Assembly: GCA_002269645.1 (NCBI GenBank)
Contig: NIVC01002485.1
Span: 62,001 to 126,000 of the forward strand
DNA: 64,000 bases
Direction: 5' to 3'
Source of the DNA: Macrostomum lignano
Taxonomy: Eukaryota
Shown: piece by piece, positions 35,987 through 49,790 of the stretch
How the letters are laid out: every line of letters starts with the position of its first letter
Numbering within the stretch: the stretch's first letter is position 1
Notes under the pieces: generated by a model
What the model was told of the DNA's origin: nothing
Database searches by the model: none
Seen by the model: only the letters and a program-made list of their open reading frames with translations
Translations under genes and position numbers: made by a program

Positions 35987-36670
35987 CCCGCTACAAAAGC
36001 ATTAAAGCACTAAAATATAGCAGCATTCTGGGGTATAATAAATTTATAACCAACCCCCCTATCGGTATAGATAAGGCATTTCCGCTTCATTCGAAACCGG
36101 TTCTCAATGACCTTCGCCAGCTAACCAATTTTAGAACGCCTCTCCATCTTCGCCCCTTTAGCTTATCTGCCACCACCGGATTTCATCGCGACTGCCAACT
36201 GACGGCTTTCAAGCTTTGACAACACTGCGGACGGCCGAGTTGCCACTGCGCTGTCACCCGACACCCGGACGACTGTAAGCTACTCGTGAGCTGCTTCCAC
36301 TCTAAATTCCACACTTCTTCTCGGTGGGTAGAAATAGAGGGGGAAGGGTGAAAAGGGAAAAATCTGCTCAACAGGTGGCCTCTGTTTCTCGTATGGTTCG
36401 AATTTGGGGAAACTTAAAACTGCTAATGGCTTTTGAATTGCGCAGTAGCTGAGCCGGCTTAGTGAGAAATGTACGATTGTTAATTCTGTAAAGCATTGAG
36501 CTTCTCTGCGCCATACCACGGATCATTTGAATAAAGTACTTGCGTAGTAGAATGTCTCTGTCCTAAATGGGCAGGTAATTCTGTGCTAATAGACACCTCG
36601 CCCGAATAGAAACTGTGCCCCTGTGTACAACCAAAGTATAGAATACAACACGTATAACCACTGGGCGCAG

Positions 36671-39600
36671 TGTACCCCATAGACACCGTACCCCATAGAC
36701 ACAGTACCCCATAGACACCGTACCCCATAGACACTGTACCACATAGACACTGTACCCCATATACACTGTACACCAGAGACACTGTACCCCATAGACACTG
36801 TACCCCATAGATACTGTACCCCATAGACACCGTACCCCATAAACACTGTACCCCATAAACACTGTATACCATAGACACTGTACCCCATAAACACTGTATA
36901 CCATAAACACTGTACCCCATAAACACTGTACTCCATAGACACTGTACCCCATATACACCGTACCCCATAGACACTGTACCCCATAGACACTGTACCCCAT
37001 AGACACTGTACCCCATAGATACTGTACCCCATAGACACTGTACCCCATAGATACTGTACCCCATAGACACTGTACCCCATAGATACTGTACCCCATAGAC
37101 ACTGTACCCCATAGATACTGTACCCATAGACACTGTACCCCATAGACACTGTACCCCATAGATACTGTACCCCATAGACACTGTACCCCATAGATACTGT
37201 ACCCCATAGACACTGTACCCATAGACACTGTACCCCATAGACACTGTACCCCATAGACACTGTACCCCATAGACACTGTACCCCATAGATACTGTACCCC
37301 ATAGACACTGTACCCCATAGATACTGTACCCCATAGACACTGTACCCCATAGATACTGTACCCCATAGACACTGTACCCCATAGATACTGTACCCCATAG
37401 ATACTGTACCCCATAGACACTGTACCCCATAGATACTGTACCCCATAGACACTGTACCCCATAGACACTGTACCCCATAGACACTGTACCCCATAGACAC
37501 TGTACCCCATAGACACTGTACCCCATAGACACTGTACCCCATAGACACTGTACCCCATAGACACTGTACCCCATAGACACTGTACCCCATAGATACTGTA
37601 CCCCATAGACACTGTACCCCATAGATACTGTACCCCATAGACACTGTACCCCATAGATACTGTACCCCATAGACACTGTACCCCATAGACACTGTACCCC
37701 ATAGACACTGTACCCCATAGACACTGTACCCCATAGACACTGTACACCAGAGACACTGTACCCCATAGACACTGTACCCCATAGATACTGTACCCCATAG
37801 ACACCGTACCCCATAAACACTGTACCCCATAAACACTGTATACCATAGACACTGTACCCCATAAACACTGTATACCATAGACACTGTACCCCATAAACAC
37901 TGTACTCCATAGACACTGTACCCCATATACACCGTACCCCATAGACACTGTACCCCATAGACACTGTACCCCATAGACACTGTACCCCATAGATACTGTA
38001 CCCCATAGACACTGTACCCCATAGATACTGTACCCCATAGACACTGTACCCCATAGATACTGTACCCCATAGACACTGTACCCCATAGATACTGTACCCC
38101 ATAGACACTGTACCCCATAGATACTGTACCCCATAGACACTGTACCCCATAGATACTGTACCCCATAGACACTGTACCCCATAGATACTGTACCCCATAG
38201 ATACTGTACCCCATAGACACTGTACCCCATAGATACTGTACCCCATAGACACTGTACCCCATAGACACTGTACCCCATAGACACTGTACCCCATAGACAC
38301 TGTACCCCATAGACACTGTACCCCATAGACACTGTACCCCATAGACACTGTACCCCATAGACACTGTACCCCATAGACACTGTACCCATAGACACTGTAC
38401 CCCATAGACACTGTACCCCATAGATACTGTACCCCATAGACACTGTACCCCATAGATACTGTACCCCATAGACACTGTACCCCATAGATACTGTACCCCA
38501 TAGACACTGTACCCCATAGACACTGTACCCCATAGACACTGTACCCCATAGACACTGTACCCCATAGACACTGTACACCAGAGACACTGTACCCCATAGA
38601 CACTGTACCCCATAGATACTGTACCCCATAGACACTGTACCCCATAGACACTGTACCCCAGAGACGCTGTACCCCATAGACACTGTACCCCATAGATACT
38701 GTACCCCATAGACACTGTATCCCATAGACACTGTACCCCATAGACACTGTACCCCAGAGACACTGTACCCCATAGACACTGTACCCCATAGATACTGTAC
38801 CCCATAGACACTGTACCCAATAGACACTGTACCCCAGAGACACTGTACCCCAGAGACACTGTACCCCATAGATACTGTACCCCATAGACACTGTACCCCA
38901 TAGACACTGTACCCCAGAGACGCTGTACCCCATAGACACTGTACCCCATAGATACTGTACCCCATAGACACTGTACCCCATAGACACTGTACCCCAGAGA
39001 CACTGTACCCCAGAGACACTGTACCCCATAGATACTGTACCCCATAGACACTGTACCCCATAGACACTGTACCCCAGAGACGCTGTACCCCATAGACACT
39101 GTACCCCATAGATACTGTACCCCATAGACACTGTACCCCATAGACACTGTACCCCAGAGACGCTGTACCCCATAGACACTGTACCCCATAGATACTGTAC
39201 CCCAGAGACGCTGTACCCCATAGACACTGTACCCCATAGATACTGTACCCCATAGACACTGTACCCATAGACACTGTACCCCAGAGACGCTGTACCCCAT
39301 AGACACTGTACCCCATAGACACTGTACCCCATAGATACTGTACCCCATAGACACTGTACCCCATAGATACTGTACCCCATAGACACTGTACCCCATAGAC
39401 ACTGTACCCCAGAGACGCTGTACCCCATAGACACTGTACCCCATAGACACTGTACCCCATAGACACTGTACCCCATAGACACTGTACCCCATAAACACTG
39501 TACCCCATAGATACTGTACCCCATAGACACTGTACCCCATAGACACTGTACCCCATAGACACTGTACCCCATAGACACTGTACCCCATAGACACTGTACC

Positions 39601-40794
39601 CCATAGACACTGTACCCCATAAACACTGTACCCCATAGACACTGTATACCAAAGACACTGTACCCCATAAACACTGTACCCCATAAACACTGTACCCCAT
39701 AGACACTGTACCCCATAGACACTGTACCCCATAGAAACTGTACCCCATAGACACTGTACCCCAGAGACGCTGTACCCCATAGACACTGTACCCCATAGAC
39801 ACTGTACCCCATAGACACTGTACCCCATAGACACTGTACCCCATAGACACTGTACCTTATAGACACTGTACCCCATAAACACTGTACCCCATAGACACTG
39901 TATACCAAAGACACTGTACCCCATAAACACTGTACCCCATAAACACTGTACCCCATAGACACTGTACCCCATAGACACTGTACCCCATAGACACTGTACC
40001 CCATAGACACTGTACCCCAGAGACGCTGTACCCCATAGACACTGTACCCCATAGATACTGTACCCCATAGACACTGTACCCCATAGACACTGTACCCCAG
40101 AGACGCTGTACCCCATAGACACTGTACCCCATAGACACTGTACCCCATAGATACTGTACCCCATAGACACTGTACCCCATAGATACTGTACCCCATAGAC
40201 ACTGTACCCCATAGACACTGTACCCCAGAGACGCTGTACCCCATAGACACTGTACCCCATAGACACACTGTACCCCATAGACACTGTACCCCATAGACAC
40301 TGTACCCCATAAACACTGTACCCCATAGATACTGTACCCCATAGACACTGTACCCCATAGACACTGTACCCCATAGACACTGTACCCCATAGACACTGTA
40401 CCCCATAGACACTGTACCCCATAAACACTGTACCCCATAGACACTGTATACCAAAGACACTGTACCCCATAAACACTGTACCCCATAAACACTGTACCCC
40501 ATAGACACTGTACCCCATAGACACTGTACCCCATAGAAACTGTACCCCATAGACACTGTACCCCAGAGACGCTGTACCCCATAGACACTGTACCCCATAG
40601 ACACTGTACCCCATAGACACTGTACCCCATAGACACTGTACCCCATAGACACTGTACCTTATAGACACTGTACCCCATAAACACTGTACCCCATAGACAC
40701 TGTACCCCATAGACACTGTACCCCATAGACACTGTACCCCATAGACACTGTACCCCAGAGACGCTGTACCCCATAGACACTGTACCCCATAGAC
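36671..40794 (-). repeat. 16-bp satellite array, left arm (TGTACCCCATAGACAC on +)
   Basis: About 257 copies; internal 974-bp and 802-bp block duplications. Confidence 0.97.
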
Positions 40795-41311
40795 CTGGAA
40801 GCCAAAGCAGACTTTCAGGAGTTTGTAAAAAAAAATTCTGACTTAAGAAGTTAAGGAAGCAAAAATGATTTAGAAAACCTTTTACGGGCGGGGTTACAGT
40901 AACATGACAGTCTGTCGCTGCACGCTGTCGAGTCAAAAGACCTTGCGCTTTCAGAAGTCAGCATGGCTGATCAGGTGTCTAATTTATAAAAGCGAATTTA
41001 AGCATTCACACGATGTCCGTGAAATGCAGAAAAATTACTTGGATTCTAGGAACTTCCTTTTATAGAAAAGTTTTCCTGTTAGAAATCCTGTGGCCTGCCG
41101 GGAGTCCTGTTCCAAACTTCTCTGCCTCCGCTTGAAGCCCGACGTGATTCTCAGCAGGAAATCGAAACCGAGCAAAACCATTTTGTTTTTAAGGAAAACT
41201 CGAGCATCTGTGGGAGGTGACATTTCTTCTCAACTTTTTTCGATTTTTCAAACGGTTTCCAGTTTGAGCGTGTCACAGTGCCTGTGAAGGGGTAGATGAG
41301 ATGGTAGCTCG

Positions 41312-44300
41312 TATGGTGTACAGTGTCTATGGTATACAGTGTTTATGGGGTACAGTGTTTATGGGGTACAGTGTCTTTGGTATACAGTGTCTTTGGTATA
41401 CAGTGTTTATGGGGTACAGTGTCTTTGGTATACAGTGTCTTTGGTATACAGTGTTTATGGGGTACAGTGTTTATGGGGTACAGTGTTTATGGGGTACAGT
41501 GTCTTTGGTATACAGTGTTTATGGGGTACAGTGTTTATGGGGTACAGTGTCTATGGTATACAGTGTTTATGGGGTAGTGTTTATGGGGTACAGTGTCTTT
41601 GGTATACAGTGTCTTTGGTATACAGTGTTTATGGGGTACAGTGTCTTTGGTATACAGTGTCTATGGGGTACAGTGTTTATGGGGTACAGTGTCTTTGGTA
41701 TACAGTGTCTTTGGTATACAGTGTTTATGGGGTACAGTGTCTTTGGTATACAGTGTTTATGGGGTACAGTGTTTATGGGGTACAGTGTCTTTGGTATACA
41801 GTGTCTTTGGGGTACAGTGTTTATGGGGTACAGTGTCTATGGGGTACAGTGTCTATGGGGTACAGTGTCTATGGGGTACAGTGTCTATGGGGTACAGTGT
41901 CTATGGTATACAGTGTTTATGGGGTACAGTGTTTATGGGGTACAGTGTTTATGGGGTACAGTGTCTTTGGTATACAGTGTCTATGGGGTACAGTGTTTAT
42001 GGGGTACAGTGTTTATGGGGTACAGTGTCTTTGGTATACAGTGTCTATGGGGTACAGTGTTTATGGGGTACAGTGTCTATGGGGTACAGTGTCTTTGGTA
42101 TACAGTGTCTTTGGTATACAGTGTTTATGGGGTACAGTGTCTTTGGTATACAGTGTTTATGGGGTACAGTGTTTATGGGGTACAGTGTCTTTGGTATACA
42201 GTGTCTATGGGGTACAGTGTTTATGGGGTACAGTGTTTATGGGGCACAGTGTCTATGGGGTACAGTGTCTATGGGGTACAGTGTCTATGGGGTACAGTGT
42301 CTATGGGGTACAGTGTCTATGGGGTACAGTGTCTATGGGGTACAGTGTCTATGGTATACAGTGTCTATGGGGTACAGTGTTTATGGGGTACAATGTTTAT
42401 GGGGTACAGTGTCTTTGGTATACAGTGTCTATGGGGTACAGTGTTTATGGGGTACAGTGTTTATGGGGTACAGTGTCTTTGGTATACAGTGTCTTTGGTA
42501 TACAGTGTTTATGGGGTACAGTGTCTTTGGTATACAGTGTTTATGGGGTACAGTGTTTATGGGGTACAGTGTTTATGGGGTACAGTGTCTTTGGTATACA
42601 GTGTTTATGGGGTACAGTGTCTTTGGTATACAGTGTTTATGGGGTACAGTGTTTATGGGGTACAGTGTCTTTGGTATACAGTGTCTATGGGGTACAGTGT
42701 TTATGGGGTACAGTGTTTATGGGGTACAGTGTCTATGGGGTACAGTGTCTATGGGGTACAGTGTCTATGGGGTACAGTGTCTATGGGGTACAGTGTCTAT
42801 GGTATACAGTGTTTATGGGGTACAGTGTTAATGGGGTACAGTGTTTATGGGGTACAGTGTCTTTGGTATACAGTGTCTATGGGGTACAGTGTTTATGGGG
42901 TACAGTGTTTATGGGGTACAGTGTCTTTGGTATACAGTGTCTTTGGTATACAGTGTTTATGGGGTACAGTGTCTTTGGTATACAGTGTTTATGGGGTACA
43001 GTGTTTATGGGGTACAGTGTTTATGGGGTACAGTGTCTTTGGTATACAGTGTTTATGGGGTACAGTGTCTTTGGTATACAGTGTTTATGGGGTACAGTGT
43101 TTATGGGGTACAGTGTCTTTGGTATACAGTGTTTATGGGGTACAGTGTTTATGGGGTACAGTGTTTATGGGGTACAGTGTTTATGGGGTACAGTGTCTAT
43201 GGTGTACAGTGTCTATGGGGTACAGTGTCTATGGGGTACAGTGTCTATGGGGTACAGTGTCTATGGGGTACAGTGTCTATGGGTACAGTGTCTATGGGTA
43301 CAGTGTCTATGGGGTACAGTGTCTATGGGTACAGTGTCTATGGGGTACAGTGTCTATGGGTACAGTGTCTATGGGGTACAGTGTCTATGGGGTACAGTGT
43401 CTATGGGTACAGTGTCTATGGGGTACAGTGTCTATGGGTACAGTGTCTATGGGGTACAGTGTCTATGGGGTACAGTGTCTATGGGGTACAGTGTCTATGG
43501 GGTACAGTGTCTATGGTGTACAGTGTCTATGGGGTACAGTGTCTATGGGGTACAGTGTCTATGGGGTACAGTGTCTATGGGGTACAGTGTCTATGGTACA
43601 GTGTCTATGGGGTACAGTGTCTATGGGGTACAGTGTCTATGGGGTACAGTGTCTTATGGGGTACAGTGTCTATGGGGTACAGTGTCTATGGGGTACAGTG
43701 TCTATGGGGTACAGTGTCTATGGGGTACAGTGTCTATGGGGTACAGTGTCTATGGGGTACAGTGTCTTTGGTATACAGTGTCTATGGGGTACAGTGTCTA
43801 TGGGGTACAGTATCTATGGGGTACAGTGTCTATGGGGTACAGTGTCTATGGGGTACAGTGTCTATGGGGTACAGTGTCTATGGGGTACAGTGTCTATGGG
43901 GTACAGTGTCTATGGTATACAATGTTTATGGGGTACAGTGTTTATGGGGTACAGTGTTTATGGGGTACAGTGTTTATGGGGTACAGTGTCTTTGGTATAC
44001 AGTGTCTATGGGGTACAGTGTTTATGGGGTACAGTGTTTATGGGGTACAGTGTCTTTGGTATACAGTGTCTTTGGTATACAGTGTTTATGGGGTACAGTG
44101 TCTTTGGTATACAGTGTTTATGGGGTACAGTGTTTATGGGGTACAGTGTTTATGGGTACAGTGTCTTGGTATACAGTGTTATGGGTACAGTGTCTTTGGG
44201 GTATACAGTGTTATGGGTACAGTGTCTATGGGGTACAGTGTCTATGGAGTACAGTGTCTATGGGGTACAGTGTCTATGGGTACAGTGTCTATGGGGTACA

Positions 44301-44945
44301 GTGTCTATGGGTACAGTGTCTATGGGGTACAGTGTCTATGGGGTACAGTGTCTATGGGGTACAGTGTCTATGGGTACAGTGTCTATGGGGTACAGTGTCT
44401 ATGGGGTACAGTGTCTATGGGGTACAGTGTCTATGGGGTACAGTGTCTATGGGGTACAGTGTCTATGGTGTACAGTGTCTATGGGTACAGTGTCTATGGG
44501 GTACAGTGTCTATGGGGTACAGTGTCTATGGGGTACAGTGTCTATGGGGTACAGTGTCTATGGGGTACAGTGTCTATGGGGTACAGTGTCTATGGGGTAC
44601 AGTGTCTATGGGTACAGTGTCTATGGGGTACAGTGTCTATGGGGTACAGTGTCTATGGGGTACAGTGTCTATGGGGTACAGTGTCTATGGGGTACAGTGT
44701 CTATGGGGTACAGTGTCTATGGGGTACAGTGTCTATGGGGTACAGTGTCTATGGGGTACAGTGTCTATGGGGTACAGTGTCTATGGGGTACAGTGTCTAT
44801 GGGGTACAGTGTCTATGGGGTACAGTGTCTATGGGGTACAGTGTCTATGGGGTACAGTATCTATGGGGTACAGTGTCTATGGGGTACAGTGTCTATGGGT
44901 ACAGTGTCTATGGGGTACAGTATCTATGTACTATGGGGTACAGTA
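41312..44945 (+). repeat. 16-bp satellite array, right arm, inverted relative to the left arm (GTGTCTATGGGGTACA)
   Basis: About 227 copies; reverse complement of the left-arm unit; 517-bp unique spacer between the arms. Confidence 0.97.
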
Positions 44946-45611
44946 TTACAGTATTAAGGGTATTAAGACTATTTAGTATTAAGAGTATTAAGACTATTAA
45001 GACTAAGACTATCTCTTAGAGCAATAAATGCGGTCAAGCAGCAGTGGGCTTTTGCCCACTCCAAACGCAATTCAAATCATATAATGCTTGCTCCGATAGC
45101 TGGTCTCAGTCAGAGAGTGCAGCAATCGCAGTGGGAGGCAGCATGCTGCTGTTTAATAAACGGAAGCATTCGGCATTGGTCGGTCGTCCAATATATTTTA
45201 TGCCAATTTTATATTGTTGAAGGCAGGGGCAGTAATACGAGTATCTTGAGTGGCTTGACCGGGCGTAACCTGGAGACTTTGCCGATGATATTTTATCAAA
45301 AGCAATATAAGAAAAGGCATTACTGCGTTAGAATAATGCGTCTGTTACGAGCGTATTTAAAGACGTGACTTTTGTTTATAATATTGTATATTTAGCTAAT
45401 TTAAAAGACCAACTTATGTGCAAGCTGAACAAAAATAAAATCTTAGCAAGATGTTCTTGCAATAACAGACTGAAATATTTGCTTTGCTGACAGGAGAGAC
45501 AGATATAGACAGGGAGAGGTGTTAAGAATCAGTCAAACTGACATAATTTTTTTAACAAATGAACACTTTTGAAGTATAAAGTTTAGTACAAAAACGATAG
45601 GGGGGTACATA

Positions 45612-46726
45612 GAGAGACATAGAAAGGGGAGACACAGAGAGGGGAGACACAGAGAGGGGAGACGCAGAGAGGGGAGACGCAGAGAGGGGAGACACAGAGA
45701 GGAGAGACATAGGAAGGGGGGACGCAGAGAGGGGAGACGCAGAGAGGGGAGACGCAGAGAGGGGAGACGCAGAGAGGGGAGACACAGAGAGGAGAGACAT
45801 AGGAAGGGGGGACGCAGAGAGGGGAGACGCAGAGAGGGGAGACACAGAGATGGAGACACAGAGATGGAGACACAGAGATGGAGACACAGAGAGGGGAGAC
45901 ACAGAGAGGGGAGACACAGAGAGGGGAGACACAGAGAGGGGAGACACAGAGAGGGGAGACACAGAGAGGGGAGACACAGAGATGGGAGACACAGAGAGGG
46001 GAGACACAGAGAGGGGAGACACAGAGAGGGGAGACACAGGAAGGGGAGACACAGAGAGGGGAGACACAGAGATGGGAGACACAGAGAGGGGAGACACAGA
46101 GATGGGAGACACAGAGAGGGGAGACACAGAGAGGGGAGACACAGAGAGGGGAGACACAGAGATGGGAGACACAGAGAGGGGAGACACAGAGAGGGGAGAC
46201 ACAGAGATGGGAGATACAGAGAGGGGAGACACAGAGAGGGGAGACACAGAGAGGGGAGACACAGGAAGGGGAGACACAGAGAGGGGAGACACAGAGAGGG
46301 GAGACACAGAGAGGGGAGACACAGAGAGGGGAGACACAGAGAGGGGAGACACAGAAAGGGGAGACACAGAGAGGGGAGACACAGAGAGGGGAGACACAGG
46401 AAGGGGAGACACAGAGAGGGGAGACACAGAGAGGGGAGACACAGAGAGGGGAGACACAGGAAGGGGGACGCAGAGAGGGGAGACACAGAGAGGGGAGACA
46501 CAGAGAGGGGAGACACAGGAAGGCGGACGCAGAGAGGGGAGACACAGAGAGGGGAGACACAGAGAGGGGAGACACAGGAAGGGGAGACACAGAGAGGGGA
46601 GACACAGAGAGGGGAGACACAGAGAGGGGAGACACAGAGAGGGGAGACACAGAGAGGGGAGACACAGAGAGGGGAGACACAGGAAGGGGGACGCAGAGAG
46701 GGGAGACACAGAGAGGGGAGACACAG
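45612..46726. repeat. 15-bp purine-rich minisatellite (GAGACACAGAGAGGG)
   Basis: About 75 copies; open in all frames (GDTER etc.), so the ORFs are spurious. Confidence 0.95.
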
Positions 46727-47498
46727 GGGATACGGAGGGAGATACAGAGAGATAGCTACGTACTTGGGGAGATACAGACTGACAGACAGACATGTAGTCT
46801 GGGAGGTACAGATAAAGGACAACGGAGAGGGATACACAAGTATGAGAGTTTGATATTTGAAGGGGGTGAGAAATGCTTATGTGCGCACTGATACAGACTG
46901 CAATACACGTGAATATAAATATAGTTGTAGTCATTGCTATTAAATTCGGATTAAACATGTGCCAAAGTTGTACGCAAACGATTAAGATTATAAACACGCA
47001 ACCACACAGATTTGGTGAGGCAATGCTGAGTAGGGTGCAAATATTAGAGGGTAGCATTTTTAAGTCCAATGTCCTAAAATAAGCATATAACGCAAAGCAT
47101 TACATCGAATTCATCACTGTCAGAGAACTTGGGCCGGATTTGTACTACCGAGACAAATGACCAACAAGATGAATAAATTTATAAAATCAATATTTTTCAT
47201 TGCGAAGCTGCAGCAGCATCAGCAGCAATGGACAGATTAACTGGGTCACGGGATCACAGGTTTCACAGAGTACATTGAGTAGCCATAGTCCTTAGACTAT
47301 GACGGCTGAGTAGAAAGTAGCCATGAAGAATTGATGAAAAAATAGAAATATTCGCTCATCCAAACTCCACACTGAACAGGCTACAACACTCTGTACATTT
47401 AGTTGATTGTTTGGTATAAGGTATGTTTCTCTTCATTTCCTGGGAATGCGAAAACGCTTTTCCCCAGTCTGTTGCTACTTTAAAAATAAAATTCGAAC

Positions 47499-48512
47499 TC
47501 AGGACGGCACTGCTTGTGGCGTCTGCGGCGGCTTCAACAGCGGCATCTGGTGCCCAAGTTCGTCGTCTGCCAGTTCGGCTTCTTCGTGGGCACCGTTGAC
47601 AGCGATGGCGGCGACTGTCCCGTCGGGCTGCATGGTGGTGTAGAGCCCATTGTTGGTGTTGTGTGCCTGGCCGGAGCCGTCCGCATGGCAGCAGCAGCAG
47701 CGGCAGGTGAACATTCGGATCACGTGACTGCGGAAGTGCTTGTTCAGGCCGAAATAAATGAAGAAGTTGCAGCTGTAGCACAGCAGGTTGGGCGCGTTGG
47801 CCAGCAGTTTGTACTTGCGGTAGGTGAGGCACCGGTCCAGCGGGCAGCCCGGCGGGCAGCGGAAGATGATGCTGAACAGCTTGTGAAAGGAGAAGGCCTG
47901 CGGTATCTGGCCGAACAGCACCAGGCCGATGACCATCACCAGCATGATGGTGAGGCGGCGCTGCGCAGCGTGCCGTCGCGAGTTGACGCTCGACCGTTTC
48001 AGAGGCGACACGACCTGCTGCTGCTGCGGCGGCGGCGCGGCGGCTGCGGCTGCGAGTACTTCTTCATCTTGCGCGACTGGCGGCGCAGAGCGAAGATCAA
48101 ACGGCAGTTGGCGACGGCCAGGAACACCAGCGGCAGGAACTGGGCGGCGCAGGCGCGCAGCCAGATGCAGATCTCGTACCAGACTGTGCTGTAGAAATAG
48201 GACGCTCTGCCGCCAACGAACGTCTCGTTGCCGTCGTGTCCGTAGTAGGCGCGCATGCCGAAGAATGAGAACAGATTGATGAGGCAGGCGATGCCGAGGA
48301 TGCCCAGCGTCACCCGTATGGCATTTCTCGACGTGCACCAAGTCTTGGATATGTTGTAGTGCTTCATGGAGATGTAGCGCTCCAGGGCTAGGCAGACTAT
48401 GAGCCAGACGCTGATGTTCTCGGTGATGTTGCCGATGGGGTTCAGGTAGTTGGACCACATGTAGTACATGTAGAGCTTGGTGTCCTTTAGAGGCTTCCAG
48501 CCTTTGGGTTTC
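47499..48512 (-). CDS. Rhodopsin-family peptide-receptor-like GPCR, coding exon 2 (TM3-TM7, C-tail), with a 1-nt frameshift at about 48036
   Basis: SVWLIVCLALERY, RRLTIMLVMVIGLVLFGQIPQ, CNFFIYFGLNKHFR motifs typical of FMRFamide/sex-peptide/myosuppressin-receptor-like GPCRs; GCACAG| acceptor phase 2. Confidence 0.85.
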   Translation of the reverse strand, partial: ETQRLEASKGHQALHVLHVVQLPEPHRQHHREHQRLAHSLPSPGALHLHEALQHIQDLVHVEKCHTGDAGHPRHRLPHQSVLILRHARLLRTRRQRDVRWRQSVLFLQHSLVRDLHLAARLRRPVPAAGVPGRRQLPFDLRSAPPVAQDEEVLAAAAAAPPPQQQQVVSPLKRSSVNSRRHAAQRRLTIMLVMVIGLVLFGQIPQAFSFHKLFSIIFRCPPGCPLDRCLTYRKYKLLANAPNLLCYSCNFFIYFGLNKHFRSHVIRMFTCRCCCCHADGSGQAHNTNNGLYTTMQPDGTVAAIAVNGAHEEAELADDELGHQMPLLKPPQTPQAVPS

Positions 48513-49790
48513 CTGTGCGCGGGGGGGGATTTGGCTTATTGAAATCCTAGCAACCAAGCTGATGAAGCAGGAAATTTAACCGTGAATTAGAAGCCCAGTG
48601 ATAAATGGCGTGCGCCAAAGAAGGCTGAGACAGTCGGGGGAGTCTATTGTACTGACTCGAGGAGGAAACTGGTAGCTGAAATAGCTGAGAGAGCTGAAGT
48701 ACAGCATGAGATGCACAGATATTTCGATGCACTACTTGCTGCTTGACCGAAATACAGAAAAACAGGCAATAAAAATGGGCATGAATGATATCATATTTTT
48801 TATTTTCCAGCACTTTTCTCTGGTAGAAAATTAGGCAGAAATTTCCCTCCCGCATCAACTCCTCTCTGTGCAGCCAAAGGCTGTTCCTATGCTATTCCCA
48901 CGGGAGGCTGGTTGGCAGTTAGCTGTCACTCTCCGCCCTCATCTCTTTCTCGCTTACTCACTCGCTCACTGCCGAAATAATAATAATAAGCGAAGCTGAT
49001 TAATATTAATGCTCCTCTATTTATTATAACCAACCCCCCCCCCTTCAGAAGCCACAGGCGCTGAAAAATCTGTAAAAGTCTCGTAAAATCTGTGCTGACA
49101 AAAAGCCCCCGGAGGACATGACAAACTGTCCCAGCGCTTCAATTGGTAAGGGATGGCCGACTCGGCGATTCCATAAATTAATTAAACTCGACGCCCAACT
49201 CAGAGGCTCCCATTGATTTTGCCCGGGATTTCGCTGAACCAGCAGCTGGTCCGCGTCCCGCCCCCGCCCTTGCAGCGTCACCGCCTCTCCTCCTCGTTTG
49301 GTCCCTCACTAAAAGGGAGGCAAAGGCGGAGAGGGTCGAGCAGGCAAACATTCGGCCTGGGAAACTGGACGCTGAGAGGAAAAACAAATAAATAAAATGG
49401 TCTCAAACTTGGAGTGGGGTCGAGCTGGGCTGGCCCTCCGAATCGATCCCAAGACCACCTTCTATCCTGGGCTTTTGAAGGAGACCACTGGCCACTGTCT
49501 TTTATTGGTCTTTTCCCCAGCTTCTCTGGAGAAGATTCCGGTGATGAGGCGGGACACGGATTAGCTATTGATCCCGCTCTGCCGATCTTCCTAATTCCCC
49601 CGGCCTCCCTGGCCCTTGTTGAGGTGGCAAGTAGAAAGAAAACTGAAGCTTTGCTGCTTAGAGTGCAAGCTTATTGAGATGCGGAAAGATCAATATAGTC
49701 TGTTGGTGAGGCCTAACTAATGACCGCTAGTTAATTCTGCCCTACATACAGCTATTCATGATATTGTATGACGAAAGCCTTTGCTTTGTA

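Noticed and set aside
36480-45019. ORFs of 1000-1390 aa (MGYSVYGVQCLWGTVS repeats)
   Set aside because: Translations of a stop-free 16-bp satellite strand, open in all three frames; no coding signal
45533-47069. Six-frame 300-500 aa ORFs
   Set aside because: 15-bp satellite artefact
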